Shown here: one piece after another, positions 24,675 to 35,496 of the stretch
Layout of the letters: each line of letters starts with the position of its first letter
How positions within the stretch are numbered: position 1 is the first letter of the stretch
Assembly (NCBI GenBank): GCA_963741205.1
Contig: CAVUHW010000006.1
Coordinates: 64,001-128,000, forward strand
Source of the DNA: Nitrospirota bacterium
Lineage (GTDB): Bacteria > Nitrospirota > UBA9217
Direction of reading: 5' to 3'
DNA: 64,000 nucleotides
Made by a program: the position numbers and the translations under genes
Notes under the pieces: generated by a model
Seen by the model: only the letters and a program-made list of their open reading frames with translations
What the model was told of the DNA's origin: nothing
Databases searched by the model: none

Positions 24675-26605
24675 TGGATACGATGTGTGAAGCGACTTTT
24701 TTTCATCCACGGGGCTGAGCTCCTGGTCCTTGTCCTGCTGGCGCCATCCCGCTCGCGGTAAAAAATCCCTTTGCCCTCGGCCTGCTGACGCTCCTGGCCA
24801 TCTACGGGATCCTGCTGATCGGGCTGGACGTGACCGTGGGCTATCTCGGACAGATCAATCTCGCCCAGGCTGCCTTTCTCGGCCTCGGCGCATACACGGC
24901 CGGACTGGCGGTCACCCTCTTTCACTTCGGGATGTTCAGCGCCCTGGCCGCGAGTCTCATGGTTGGTCTCGTGTTCGGCGGGCTGCTTGCGTTTCCGGCC
25001 CTCCGCCTGGAAGGTCCGCAGTTTGCCCTGGCAACGCTCAGCTTTTCCGCGCTGGTCGCAACGTCGCTCAATGAATGGGAATCCGTCACAAACGGGGCCC
25101 AGGGTCTTTCGCTGGTTCGCCCTTCCTTGTTCGGGGTGGTCCTCGCAGCGCAGGGTTTCTACTGGCTCTGCCTGGTCCTTCTGGCCCTGGTCTGGATGGC
25201 GATGCACAATCTGCTGACCTCTCAATGGGGCAGGACATTCGAGGCGCTTCGGGACAGCCCCATCGCCACCGATGCCATGGGAGTCGGTACGTTCCGGCAC
25301 AAGGTGGCGGCCTTCGCCCTCGGTTCCGCACTGGGCGGTCTGGCAGGCGGCCTGTATGCGTTCAACTTTCAGTATCTTCAGCCCCAGAGTTTTGTCTGGG
25401 AGCTGATGGTGATCCTGCTTCTGGGCGTGGTGCTCGGCGGCCGCAAGAGCCTCTGGGGCGCCTTCGTCGGCGCCACCCTGATCGTACTGCTGCCGAATCT
25501 GCTCTCGAACCGGTTTCTGTTCCAGATCTTCGCAGCCGTCGGCCTGCTGATCGCACTGGTCGCCGGCGGCCGGAACTACTGTCCGGAAAACCACGAAGCC
25601 GTTCCAGGCGATCGCGCCGATCGTTGCCATGGGCCTGCTCGTCGTTGTCGCGATCGTCTGTCCAGAACATCGAAGATCTTCGCAGGGCGATCTTCGCCCT
25701 GATGCTGTTCTCGGTGGTGGTGGGGCTTCCCGAAGGGCTCATGGGCTTTGCCGCCAGGTTCCTCTCGAAGCTGTTCCGGATCGCTCCCGCGCCGCTGTCC
25801 GAACCGGCAGCGGCTGGATACGGTACTGCCCGCAAAGAAGGCCGACGGAAGTCCGCTGCTCGAACTCCGGGAATTGAAGCGGAATTTCGGCGGAGTACGG
25901 GCCGTTGACGGCGTTTCCCTCGTGGTGCGGTCCGGCCAGATCCACGGCCTGATCGGCCCGAACGGCTCCGGCAAGAGTACCCTCGTGAATGTCATTTCCG
26001 GACTGTACGCGCCGAGCGGAGGGACCATGCTGCTCAGAGGCAGGCCGCTGCCCACGGGCAGCCTCTTCAAGGCCGCGCGAACAGGGATCTCGCGGACCTT
26101 TCAGAACCTGCAGATCTTTTCGGAGCTGACCGCCCTGGACAACGTCATGGTGGCCATGAAGGGCGTCTACCGGAAGTCCCTGCCGCTGGTGCTGTTCGGT
26201 CTTTCGCGCGGCGAGGAGCGCGCTGCCCAGTCCGGCGCTCTGGCCCTGCTCGAGATGGTCGGGCTGCGGGAAGAGGCGCGTACTCCCGCCAAGGACCTCC
26301 CCTACGGCGCCCAGCGTTTTCTCGAGATCGCCCGGGCCCTGGCTTGCCGGCCCGACCTGTTGATCCTCGACGAACCTGCCGCGGGTCTTGCCCATCCCGA
26401 CGTCAATAAGCTGGTGGAGATCATCGGTCACATACACCGCCTGGGCATCGCAACGATCCTGATCGAGCACCACATGGAAGTGGTGTGCGAGGTCTGCGAC
26501 GTGGTGACGGTCATGGACGGCGGTCTCATCATTGCCGAGGGGACGCCGGAGGATGTGAAGCGCCATCCCAAGGTCATCGCTGCGTATCTGGGAGCGAATG
26601 CGTGA
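24674..26605 (+). CDS. Probable LivM permease-LivG ATPase fusion (frameshifted)
   Basis: GYLGQINLAQAAF, LRLEGPQFALAT, PEGLMG running into GPNGSGKS / LPYGAQRFLEIARAL / LDEPAAG with no separate start. Confidence 0.75.
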
Positions 26606-26635
26606 GACGGGCTGCAAAGGCATTTTCGCAGCGAT

Positions 26636-26702
26636 AACAGGATTGACGGGATTTTCGGATGAAATCTTGTTTATCGCGATTTTAGCCTGCGATCCTGTCA
26701 AG
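26636..26702. repeat. ACAGGAT-family imperfect inverted repeat at the livG-livF junction
   Basis: aacaggattgacgggattttcggatg ... aatcttgttt ... gatcctgtcaa. Confidence 0.45.
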
Positions 26703-26741
26703 GTTTTATTCCGCTTGTCCGAGTAGGACGGGAAATCGCTT

Positions 26742-27459
26742 ATGCTGATCGTCGACAATCTCCACGCAGGATACGGGGCCAGTGAGGTCCTGGTCGGCGC
26801 CTCTCTCGAGGTGAAGGCAGGGACGCTGGTCGCTTTGATCGGCCCGAACGGCGCCGGCAAGACCACCACCTTGCGCGCCATCTCCGGCATCGTGAAGCCG
26901 ACGAAGGGACGGGTGCTGTTCGACAACAAGCCCGGTGCAGGGGATGGATGCGTCACAAATCGCCAGGCTCGGCCTCGCCCACGTACCGGAAGGGCGGCGG
27001 GTGTTCGGACCGCTGTCCGTCGAGGACAACCTGCTGCTGGGGGGATATCGCCGCCTGCCGCGGTTCTTCGGGTTTCGCAGGAAGGCCGGGCGCGATCTCG
27101 ATCGGGTGTATGAGCTGTTCCCCCGGCTGCGGGAACGGCGCCGCCAGGCTGCCGGAACGCTTTCCGGCGGCGAACAGCAGATGCTTGCGATCGGCCGGGC
27201 CTTGATGGCCGATCCCAAAGTGATCCTGATGGACGAGCCCTCCATGGGGCTGGCGCCGGTCATCGTGGAGGAGGTGTTCGTCACGATCAAGCGCCTGAAG
27301 GAGACCGGCATACCCTTGCTGCTCGTCGAGCAAATGACCAAGAAGGCGTTGGAAGTGGCGGACCACGTCTACGTCATGGAGCACGGAAGGGTTGTCATCC
27401 AGGGGAACCCCGCGGAGCTTCGGAAGAACGAGAGGGTGATCGCGGCATATCTCGGGTGA
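26742..27459 (+). CDS. LivF-like ABC ATPase; frameshift near 26930
   Basis: GPNGAGKTT, VPEGRRVF, LSGGEQQMLAIGRAL, DEPSMGL. Confidence 0.9.
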
Positions 27460-27544
27460 CGGGAGGGGCTCCATGCAAGCTCTACCCCTTGTGGGCCCTT
27501 CCTATTTGTGGACAGTACCTCGCAATCGGCAGACCGTAACGGAA

Positions 27545-28507
27545 TCAGCAGCGCGCGGTCAGCACGACCGTGTCTCCGAGGATTTTCACTTTCTCACTCC
27601 TGAACCCGGCCCTCCTGAGCCATGCCTTCATCTCTTCCGTGGAATAGGACCTGCCTGCGGCGGTATTCACGAGCATATTCACCGAGAAGAGCGCTCCGGG
27701 AACCGGGTGAGCCCGGTTTCTCTCCAGGAAAAATTCATGGACCGCGATCCTGCCTTTCGGGTTGAGCGCATTCCTGGATTTTTCAAGGAGGGTGAGACAT
27801 TCGTCCTCGGACATCGAATGAAATATCTGGCTGATGAATACCAGGTCGTATCCCTTTCCGATGTCATCTGCATGAAAATCACCGCTGAACAACTCGATGT
27901 TCTTCCCTTTCGATTCCTTGATAATCTTTTTTGAGACAGCAAGGGTGTCCGGCAGATCAAAGAGTGTGACCGATATTCCATGCCGGGCAAGCTCCATGCT
28001 GTAAGTCCCCGGTCCGCCGCCCAGATCGAGCGCTTTTTTGACGCCGCGAAGGTCGATGCATGAGACGACGGTCTTTGCCCGAAAGACCGCGTTGTTGTGC
28101 ATGGCCCGGATGAAGACCTCGTAGTCGCGGCCTCCCGCGCGGTTCGGCAGTCCAGTCTTAATTACCTCGTCGAGGCCCGACCAGCTCTTCCACAAGGCAT
28201 CCGAATGGCGCAGCATGTCGCCCTGGTACCAGGGGCTTTGTTTTAAGAGAAACTTCTTCGCAGGCGTCTCGTTACGATACTTCTCTCCCGATTTTGTAAG
28301 CAGGCCAAGGGCGGTAACCGCGTCAAGAAGTATCTCCGTTGCCCGCGGGTTCGTGCCGAGCTTCTTGGCGATTTCTGCTGAAGTCTTCGGCGTCTTCAGG
28401 TGCTCAAAGACCTCAAGGTTGTTCGCAGTCAAAATGACGCGCGAGGCGCGGAATCCTCCTGAGAGCCGCGCGAAATCCTGAAGTTGTTGCAGGGATTTGT
28501 TATTCAT
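27545..28507 (-). CDS. SAM-dependent O-methyltransferase (dimerisation domain plus Methyltransf_2)
   Basis: N-terminal wHTH dimerisation domain, LDLGGGPG, GDFH, SQIFH; AAGGAG RBS. Confidence 0.88.
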   Translation of the reverse strand: MNNKSLQQLQDFARLSGGFRASRVILTANNLEVFEHLKTPKTSAEIAKKLGTNPRATEILLDAVTALGLLTKSGEKYRNETPAKKFLLKQSPWYQGDMLRHSDALWKSWSGLDEVIKTGLPNRAGGRDYEVFIRAMHNNAVFRAKTVVSCIDLRGVKKALDLGGGPGTYSMELARHGISVTLFDLPDTLAVSKKIIKESKGKNIELFSGDFHADDIGKGYDLVFISQIFHSMSEDECLTLLEKSRNALNPKGRIAVHEFFLERNRAHPVPGALFSVNMLVNTAAGRSYSTEEMKAWLRRAGFRSEKVKILGDTVVLTARC

Positions 28508-28706
28508 GAGGAGCTCCTTTCTTTTTTTATCAAAGGCCATCATATCGTAAAATACAATTAAAAGTCAATGAACCGAAAACTAAAAAAACTTGAAATCGCC
28601 GCTGTTTTGGCCGATAATACAACCATTCGAGCATGCGTTTATAAAAAGTAAGTACATACGGGAATGCTCGTCGCCGCTCATTTAAACTCGTCCAGAGGAA
28701 CTAAAA

Positions 28707-29394
28707 GTGAAAGTGCACATATTACAGCACGTCCCCTTTGAAGACATCGGAAGCATGGCTTCGTGGCTGGCTGAGCGCGGGGCTGAGGTGAGCTACACCC
28801 GGTTTTTCGAGGGCCCGGGCTCTCCCGCAACTGAAGGGCCTCGATCTTGTCGTCGCCATGGGCGGCCCCATGAGCGTCAACGATGAATCGACTCTGCCGT
28901 GGCTCCGTCAGGAAAAGCAGTTCGTTCGTGATGCAGTGGAGCAAGGCATTCCGATGCTGGGTGTCTGCCTGGGGGCGCAACTCATCGCGAGCGCGCTTGG
29001 GGCGCGGGTCTACCGAAATTCCCTCAAGGAAATCGGATGGTATCCCATCGAGGCAACGCCCGGCGCAGCGGAGACCTTCCGCTTCCCGGACAAATGCACG
29101 GTCTTCCACTGGCACGGCGAGACCTTTGACCTGCCCTCCGGCGCGGTCCGTCTGGCGAGAAGCGCGGCATGTGAGAACCAGGCATTTCAGATAGGGCGGC
29201 ATGCCATCGGCCTGCAGTTCCATCTCGAAACTACTCCGAAGAGCGCCATGGCCATTTTGAATAACTGCGAAGATGAGCTTGTCCCGGGGCCCTACGTCCA
29301 AACCGGATCAGAAATGCGGGAAGTCAAGAACACTGCGTATGCTGAGATCAACAGCCTTATGGCCAAGGTGCTTTCCTATATCACTGGCTCTTAA
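28707..29394 (+). CDS. Type 1 glutamine amidotransferase (GMP-synthase-like); frameshift near 28830
   Basis: LQHVPFEDIG, GGPMSVND, GVCLGAQL, WHGETF, QFHLE. Confidence 0.88.
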
Positions 29395-29420
29395 GGCTGA
29401 TTGAAATATCTAAAAAAAGT

Positions 29421-29449
29421 TTGACATCGGAAGCGCAGGGCCTTATCAT
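29421..29449 (+). promoter_or_regulatory. sigma70 promoter, probably giving a leaderless mRNA
   Basis: TTGACA-17bp-TATCAT; ATG 6 nt downstream with no SD. Confidence 0.6.
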
Positions 29450-29455
29450 GACGAC

Positions 29456-29782
29456 ATGCCGTTTAAGTTAAGGCCGATAATACTTCTCCTTACTTTCGCC
29501 CTTCTGATACAGAACACCTGCCCGTTCGGCGCGGCCGGCAAATCAACCGTGGCCCACGCGTGCGGTCACTGCCAGATGAAACACAGTGTCAAGGCCTCTC
29601 CTGTCGGTCAGAAACAACTGCTTTCCGACTCATCATCCGTCCATTTCCCGCTCTACGTCTTCGCCATTCCGAAGACAGTCCATACGTTCCAGCTCAATCC
29701 TGTAAAGTCCGCGCGCCTGATCCTTGCTGATTTTTACCAGGACGCGCTGCCGGACGAACTTTTGAGACCTCCTCGAGCGTAA
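29456..29782 (+). CDS. DUF2946/CruR-like small protein (TM segment, HACGHC, C-terminal LLRPPRA)
   Basis: Hydrophobic N-terminus, a CxxC motif, and RPP two residues before the stop. Confidence 0.55.
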   Translation: MPFKLRPIILLLTFALLIQNTCPFGAAGKSTVAHACGHCQMKHSVKASPVGQKQLLSDSSSVHFPLYVFAIPKTVHTFQLNPVKSARLILADFYQDALPDELLRPPRA

Positions 29783-29807
29783 TCCGAAGAAACCAAAATC
29801 CATAATC

Positions 29808-29937
29808 TTCACCACAGAGGGCACAGAGAACGTCCTACGTGAGAGCTGAGGGACGAGGAATGCCGTTTCGTTTCCCGGCACGGATCGTCCATCGTCCCTC
29901 GTCTATCGTCCGTCGTCGACTCTCCGTTGCTCCGTGG
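29808..29937. repeat. CACAGAG-family inverted repeat with nested TCGTCC heptamer repeats
   Basis: caccacagagggcacagagaa ... ctctccgttgctccgtgg; internal gagggacgagg / tcgtcca-tcgtccc-tcgtcta-tcgtcc. Confidence 0.55.
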
Positions 29938-29963
29938 GATTATACTATTTACGGAGGTTACTC

Positions 29964-31172
29964 ATGAATACCAAGAAAACGCTCCTCGGGAGCGCGCTCG
30001 TGCTTTACTTTGTCATCGCCTTTGAAGTGCTGATCATGATCAGCCCCTTTCGCGGGGTTTTTTTACTCTGTCTTTAACCCCGTGCTCCTGAAACTTGCAG
30101 CCCATCCGTCAACACGATGGCTGAGTGCGTTCTACCTGCCGCATATGATCCTGCCGCAGGATGGACTGCTGCAGTTCGTGCGCGTCATGGGATCGGTCCT
30201 GTTCGTCCTGGGCATGGCAATCTTTCTTGTCTGCGCCGCACAGATCTACACGGCCAAGTTCACGAAGAAGGGCGCCGTGCTCGGCGGGCTGTACTCGGTT
30301 ATCCGCCATCCCCAGTATCTCGCGCTCGGAATCGCGGGCCTGGGGCTTTCAATCCTCTGGCCGCGGTTTCTGACCGTGGTTTTGTGGCTTGCCATGGCGT
30401 TCGTTTATTACTTTCTCGCCAAGGACGAAGAGCGCAGGATGCTCCATGCCCATGAAGAAACATACCGGGCCTATATGAAAAAGACCGGGATGTTCCTGCC
30501 GGCGCGGATCGAGAAATTGCTGACGCCGTCATCGCCCGTCTGCAAGGCCATGCTTGCCCTCGTTTTCGTGGCGGTCGTCATCGGCACGGCGTTCCTGCTT
30601 CGGATTTACACGATCAAAAATCTCACGCTCTGGACCAGGGCGCAGAACGTTGCCGGCATCGCCATTCTCCCCGAGGATGGCTTTAAGATGGACCACCGGA
30701 TGGCGGACATCCTCGGCCTGGAAGAAGTGAAACAGCGGAGTCAGGACTCGATAAACACTATCTCGTTTACTTCATTCCGCAGGACTACATCATGCAGGGA
30801 ATGATCGCGGACACCGGAGGGGACTTTAAACTGTTCAACCAACATCACTCCATGGCCATGATAACGGACTGGGTATTCCATCCATTCCGTCATTTGCGGG
30901 AAGGGCACCAGGCCATGCACGCAGGCATGCACGGGGATATGCATGCACAACATCACGGAGATGCGGTTACGGATGGCGGGATGGTTCGGAGGCTCATCTT
31001 CCTTTCCATCGAGAATGTGGACGTAAAAGACCCCCGCCGACCTTTCTGCGTTAACGCCCTGCGCGTGCCTCAGTTCATGGCGGATGTGGACGTGCACAAC
31101 CTGCGGTTGCTTGAGGTCAAGGACCTCGCTCACGGGAGCGGGTGGGGGACGGTGCCGACGCCGGTGTTCTGA
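29964..31172 (+). CDS. ICMT/PEMT-like membrane protein with a His/Met-rich C-terminal domain; frameshifts near 30050 and 30740
   Basis: GLYSVIRHPQY, EERRML...Y..YMKKTGMFLP; tail HQAMHAGMHGDMHAQHHG; GGAGG RBS. Confidence 0.7.
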
Positions 31173-31320
31173 GGTTGGTCGAAAAAAAATGTTCTAGTTC
31201 TCCGTGGAGCTTCTTGTTGCGAGGGGCTCCACTTTTTTATTTGAAATTGTCGCTGTTTTGGCCGATAATATAAACCGCGGAGGAAGTGCGTCAGGCTGTA
31301 AAGCAGGCGGTTCAAAAACT

Positions 31321-31807
31321 ATGTTTATCGAAGTCTCGACCGAATATCAAATAGAAATCGTCGAAGCCCTGGCCAGGGAAATCTGGACCGAGCATTACAT
31401 TCCCATTATCGGAAAAGAGCAGGTGGATTACATGCTCGCCACGTTCCAGTCCAGACAGGCCATTCGGGAGCAGATAAGGACCGGGGTCGCCTATTTTCTG
31501 ATCCAGGAAGGCGATGCAAGCATCGGCTATATGGCCGTCCAGCCGAAGGGCAGGGAATTATTTTTAAGCAAGATCTATGTAAAGTCTTCGAGACGAGGAT
31601 TGGGGTATGGAAAGAAGGCCGTTCAATTCGCGGAAAAAGTGGCGAAGGGACTCGATTTGAATAAAATTGCTTTGACGGTAAACAAGAACAATGTAAATTC
31701 CATCAAGGCGTATGAGAAGATCGGTTTTAAGAACGTCGGCTCCGCTCGTTCAGGACATCGGCAACGGCTTTGCCATGGACGACTATAAAATGGAGAAAAT
31801 TCTCTGA
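31321..31807 (+). CDS. GNAT acetyltransferase; frameshift near 31745
   Basis: LSKIYV..RRGLGYG, LTVNKNN..SIKAYEKIGF, shifted tail QDIGNGFAMDDYKMEK. Confidence 0.88.
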
Positions 31808-31906
31808 TTGCATTATCCCCCCGCCATGATCTATAATCTGCCGCGAAAAGGTAGGGAATGCATCTACATTCGGAATGACGACTGAGTAGCAAAGGGAGGT
31901 CCTGTT

Positions 31907-33802
31907 TTGGCAGCCACCTATACCGCAAAAGATATCACCGTTCTCGAAGGCCTGGAGCCTGTCAGAAAACGACCGGCCATGTACATCGGCTCCACGGACG
32001 CGCGAGGTCTTCACCACCTCGTGTGGGAAGTGCTCGACAACTCCGTTGACGAGGCCTTGAACGGTTATTGCACCGAGATCAAGCTCACCATCGAAAAAGA
32101 CGGCGGCGTTACCGTCATGGACAACGGCCGGGGCATCCCCGTGGATACGCATCCCAAGACAAAGCGTCCGGCCATCGAGACGATACTCTGCACCCTCCAC
32201 GCGGGAGGCAAGTTCGACCACACGGTGTATAAATCCTCGGGCGGCCTGCACGGCGTGGGCGCCTCCGTCGTGAATGCCCTTACGGAAGTGTTCATTGCAA
32301 CGGTCTGGCGAGACGGGTTTGAATGGACCCAGGAGTTTTCCCGTGGCAAGCCCAAGGGAAATCTCAAGAAGGGAGCGCCGACCAGGGCCCATGGCACCCA
32401 GATCTATTTCCGGCCTGACACCGAGATATTCTCGAAAACGAGCTTCAACTACAAGAATATCCTCGACGTCTCTGAGAGCAAGGCCTTTCTGAACAAGGGC
32501 CTCAAGATCACCCTCGAGAACGCGCGCGACAAAGAGAAGCCCGTCACCTTCAAGTACGACAACGGCATCCAGGACTACATCAAGCGGATCGTGTCCGGGA
32601 CCACGGTCGTGAACCCCGAGCCGTTCTATTTCGAGAAGGAAGACGATTTCAAGATCGAATGCGCGATGCACTGGACCATTGCCACGGACATGGAGATCCA
32701 CTCCTATGCCAATTCGATCAACACCTCCGACGGCGGCACGCACGAGCTCGCAGTCAGGGCCGGGCTCACCAAGGCCGTGCGCGCCTACGCCGAACGCAAG
32801 AACCTCATCCCCAAGAACATCAAGACCATCGCGCCCGAAGACGTCTATGAAGGGCTCTACGGCATCGTGAGCGTACTCATCAAGAACCCGCAGTTTCAGG
32901 GTCAGACCAAGGAGAAGCTGAACAATCCCGAGATATCGTCACCCATCGAGGCGTCGGTCAAAAACGCCTGCGAGGCATATCTCCTTGCGAACCCGACCAT
33001 GGCCGACGCGGTCGTCAGGCGCGTGCTTCTGGCCGCGGAGGCGAGGCTTGCGTCCCGGGCGGCGAAAGACAATGTTACGAGAAAGCTGTCGTCGCTGAAA
33101 CTCAACCTCCCGGGTAAGCTTGCGGACTGCTCGTCCAACAAGGTGGAGGAGACGGAGGTCTTCATCGTGGAAGGCGATTCGGCAGGAGGCTCCGCCAAGA
33201 TGGCGCGGGACAGGAAGACCCAGGCCGTCTTGTCGCTTCGCGGAAAGATCCTGAACGTGGAGCAGGTGGCGTCGCTCGAGAGGATCCAGACGAACAACGA
33301 GATCAAGAACCTCCTGGCCACGCTCGGCTGCGGCGTGGGCGAGCATTTCGACCTGGGCAAACTCAGGTACAGCCGCGTGATCCTGATGACCGATGCGGAC
33401 GTGGACGGCGCGCACATCAGCGTCCTGCTCCTCACCCTAATCTACCGCTATATGCCGGAGCTCATCAACCACGGACACGTATATCTTGCCATGCCGCCTC
33501 TGTTCAAAATCGAGGCCGGGAAAGAGGTCTTCTACGCCATGGATGAGATGGAGAAGGAAAAGATCCTGGCGAAACTGAACGGTAGAAAATACGAAGTAGG
33601 CCGTTTCAAAGGCCTGGGTGAAATGAACCCGGAGACGCTTAAGGAAACGACGATGAACCCCGAGACCCGCACACTCATGAAGGTCCAGGTCGTGGACCAC
33701 CAGGCCACCGGCGACGTGTTTGAGCGGCTCATGGGCAAGGACCCCAAGGCGCGTTTTACGTTCATCAAGGAGCGCGCGGAGTTCGCGGAGTTGGACATAT
33801 AA
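31907..33802 (+). CDS. parE: Type IIA topoisomerase B subunit, short ParE-like form
   Basis: LEPVRKRPAMYIG, EVLDNSVDE, GGLHGVG, EGDSAGGSAK, LRGKILN, DADVDG, RFKGLGEM; the C-terminus LMGKDPKARFTFI looks ParE-like, but gyrB cannot be excluded. Confidence 0.7.
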   Translation: MAATYTAKDITVLEGLEPVRKRPAMYIGSTDARGLHHLVWEVLDNSVDEALNGYCTEIKLTIEKDGGVTVMDNGRGIPVDTHPKTKRPAIETILCTLHAGGKFDHTVYKSSGGLHGVGASVVNALTEVFIATVWRDGFEWTQEFSRGKPKGNLKKGAPTRAHGTQIYFRPDTEIFSKTSFNYKNILDVSESKAFLNKGLKITLENARDKEKPVTFKYDNGIQDYIKRIVSGTTVVNPEPFYFEKEDDFKIECAMHWTIATDMEIHSYANSINTSDGGTHELAVRAGLTKAVRAYAERKNLIPKNIKTIAPEDVYEGLYGIVSVLIKNPQFQGQTKEKLNNPEISSPIEASVKNACEAYLLANPTMADAVVRRVLLAAEARLASRAAKDNVTRKLSSLKLNLPGKLADCSSNKVEETEVFIVEGDSAGGSAKMARDRKTQAVLSLRGKILNVEQVASLERIQTNNEIKNLLATLGCGVGEHFDLGKLRYSRVILMTDADVDGAHISVLLLTLIYRYMPELINHGHVYLAMPPLFKIEAGKEVFYAMDEMEKEKILAKLNGRKYEVGRFKGLGEMNPETLKETTMNPETRTLMKVQVVDHQATGDVFERLMGKDPKARFTFIKERAEFAELDI

Positions 33803-34145
33803 GCACACACCTGTATCCGGATTGCCGCCGTCTGGGGCCATCAGACCCGATCTAAGCTGTCAACGATCCCTTTCTTTATTTAACCCGCCAACGCTGTAAA
33901 GAGATTTTCTCCCCCACGCATCTCTACAACACATCTATGTAATGAAGACCAAAGTATGTGAAAACAATTACCCATTATATCAATAAATTTTGGTTTTTAA
34001 TGGGCTAATTATATGAAAAATAATTAAACTTATATTAGCATGGCATTTGCATATCAATTAATGTCTTTAGTATTAGAAATATATGCAATAAAAAATAATT
34101 ATTGACATAACAATATAACTAGTTTAGGCCTCTGAAGGAATGAAC

Positions 34146-34640
34146 ATGAAAAAGCACTTATTAACATCACTCGTAACCTTGCTCGCCATCATCGCCGCAA
34201 CCAGTGCATTTGCAGCTCAGATTCAACCTACAGTTGCCGTAAGCGGCGCGCTGAACTCCGTATGCAAGGCGGGGACGGCCGGCAGCCTGGCTTTTACGAT
34301 CGATCCATCCCTGGCCGGTCCGATTGCAGCGACTGTCGTGGACGCGACGGTATTCTGCTCGAATGGAACGCCGTTTACCATTACGGCAGTAAGCCTGAAT
34401 AAAGGGGGTGCCGCGGCAAGCTGTGCCACTCCCAGCGGAATCACCGGAACGTTGAAAACCGGTGCAAACACAATGGACTACACATTTACCTGCGGCACTG
34501 CAGGAGGCACGGGCCTTGGTCACGGGGCCGGGAAGTCTGTCAGCCTGGGCCTCGCCGGTTTAATTACCGCAGCCAGCTATCAAAACGCCGCGGTGAGCGC
34601 AAGTTACACCGATACGGTAACTCTGACGATTACGTATTGA
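34146..34640 (+). CDS. Csu/SCPU (spore coat protein U domain) pilin subunit
   Basis: Signal peptide, paired Cys, C-terminal YTDTVTLTITY. Confidence 0.8.
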   Translation: MKKHLLTSLVTLLAIIAATSAFAAQIQPTVAVSGALNSVCKAGTAGSLAFTIDPSLAGPIAATVVDATVFCSNGTPFTITAVSLNKGGAAASCATPSGITGTLKTGANTMDYTFTCGTAGGTGLGHGAGKSVSLGLAGLITAASYQNAAVSASYTDTVTLTITY

Positions 34641-34850
34641 TTTACTTTCAATGAATGATGGTTTTGCAATGGTGAAGAAATTTCGGAAGGGGAGGCGTTA
34701 TAGAGAAAACACGATAGTTAGTAAGGATAAATGAGTGTCACTAGCGACATCGATGTATCAAATGTTTAAAAATGGCTCATGGAAGTTTGATTTAATAAAA
34801 AATATGACTCGGCTGGCCGGGGCCATCCCGGCGGAAAAAAGGAGGAGATT

Positions 34851-35341
34851 ATGAAAAGGATATTTGTGGTAGCAGCGGTAGTGATGACCGTTATTGCAAT
34901 GGCAGGGGGTGCTTTTGGAGCGAATGTTACGGCGGGAGTGGGGGCCTAACGAGCGTCTGTTAGCGGAGTGCTATTTTACACCGTCGTCGCGGGTGGTACC
35001 TATATCCATTCGATCCGCTCGATCAGCTTACGGGCGGCGCGGTCCCCGCGACCGTTGTACAACCTCACGATCTGGTGCACGAAGAATTACCCATATACCA
35101 TCACTGATGCACAATCGGTGTAAGCGAGAGTGGCAGTGCATTTACAGGTTTGAAAGCAAGCGGCAGTGCCGATATATATTCCCTACACGTTTACTTGCAC
35201 CGGACGGTCGTAAGACGGCTTTAGGAATCCACCAACGATAACACCCGTCATCGCTCAGCTTACAATCGATGCGAGGTGCATAACACGACGTACCGCCGGA
35301 CACGTTATTCCGATACAGTAACGTTCACCGTTACATATTAG
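34851..35341 (+). pseudogene. Second SCPU pilin, heavily disrupted (pseudogene or poor consensus)
   Basis: GGAGG RBS; MKRIFVVAAVV signal; blocks NLTIWCTKNYPYTIT, IPYTFTC and YSDTVTFTVTY* separated by stops and indels. Confidence 0.7.
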
Positions 35342-35496
35342 GAAATCGAAGTTCACTCACAAATTCATGTTAGCAGTTCCTCAGCGAGGCAGTATCTCGC
35401 TTGCGGCGGGCTGTGGTTTGTCGCGGATTTTTACGGCTTACAGAAAAAACATGCTGTTAGGGACATGATCCCGGGCGGCAAAATAGGGAGGAAATA

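Noticed and set aside
34036-34051. Possible sigma54 promoter TAGCAT-N5-TTGC upstream of the pilins
   Set aside because: Spacing fits, but the invariant -24 GG is AG.
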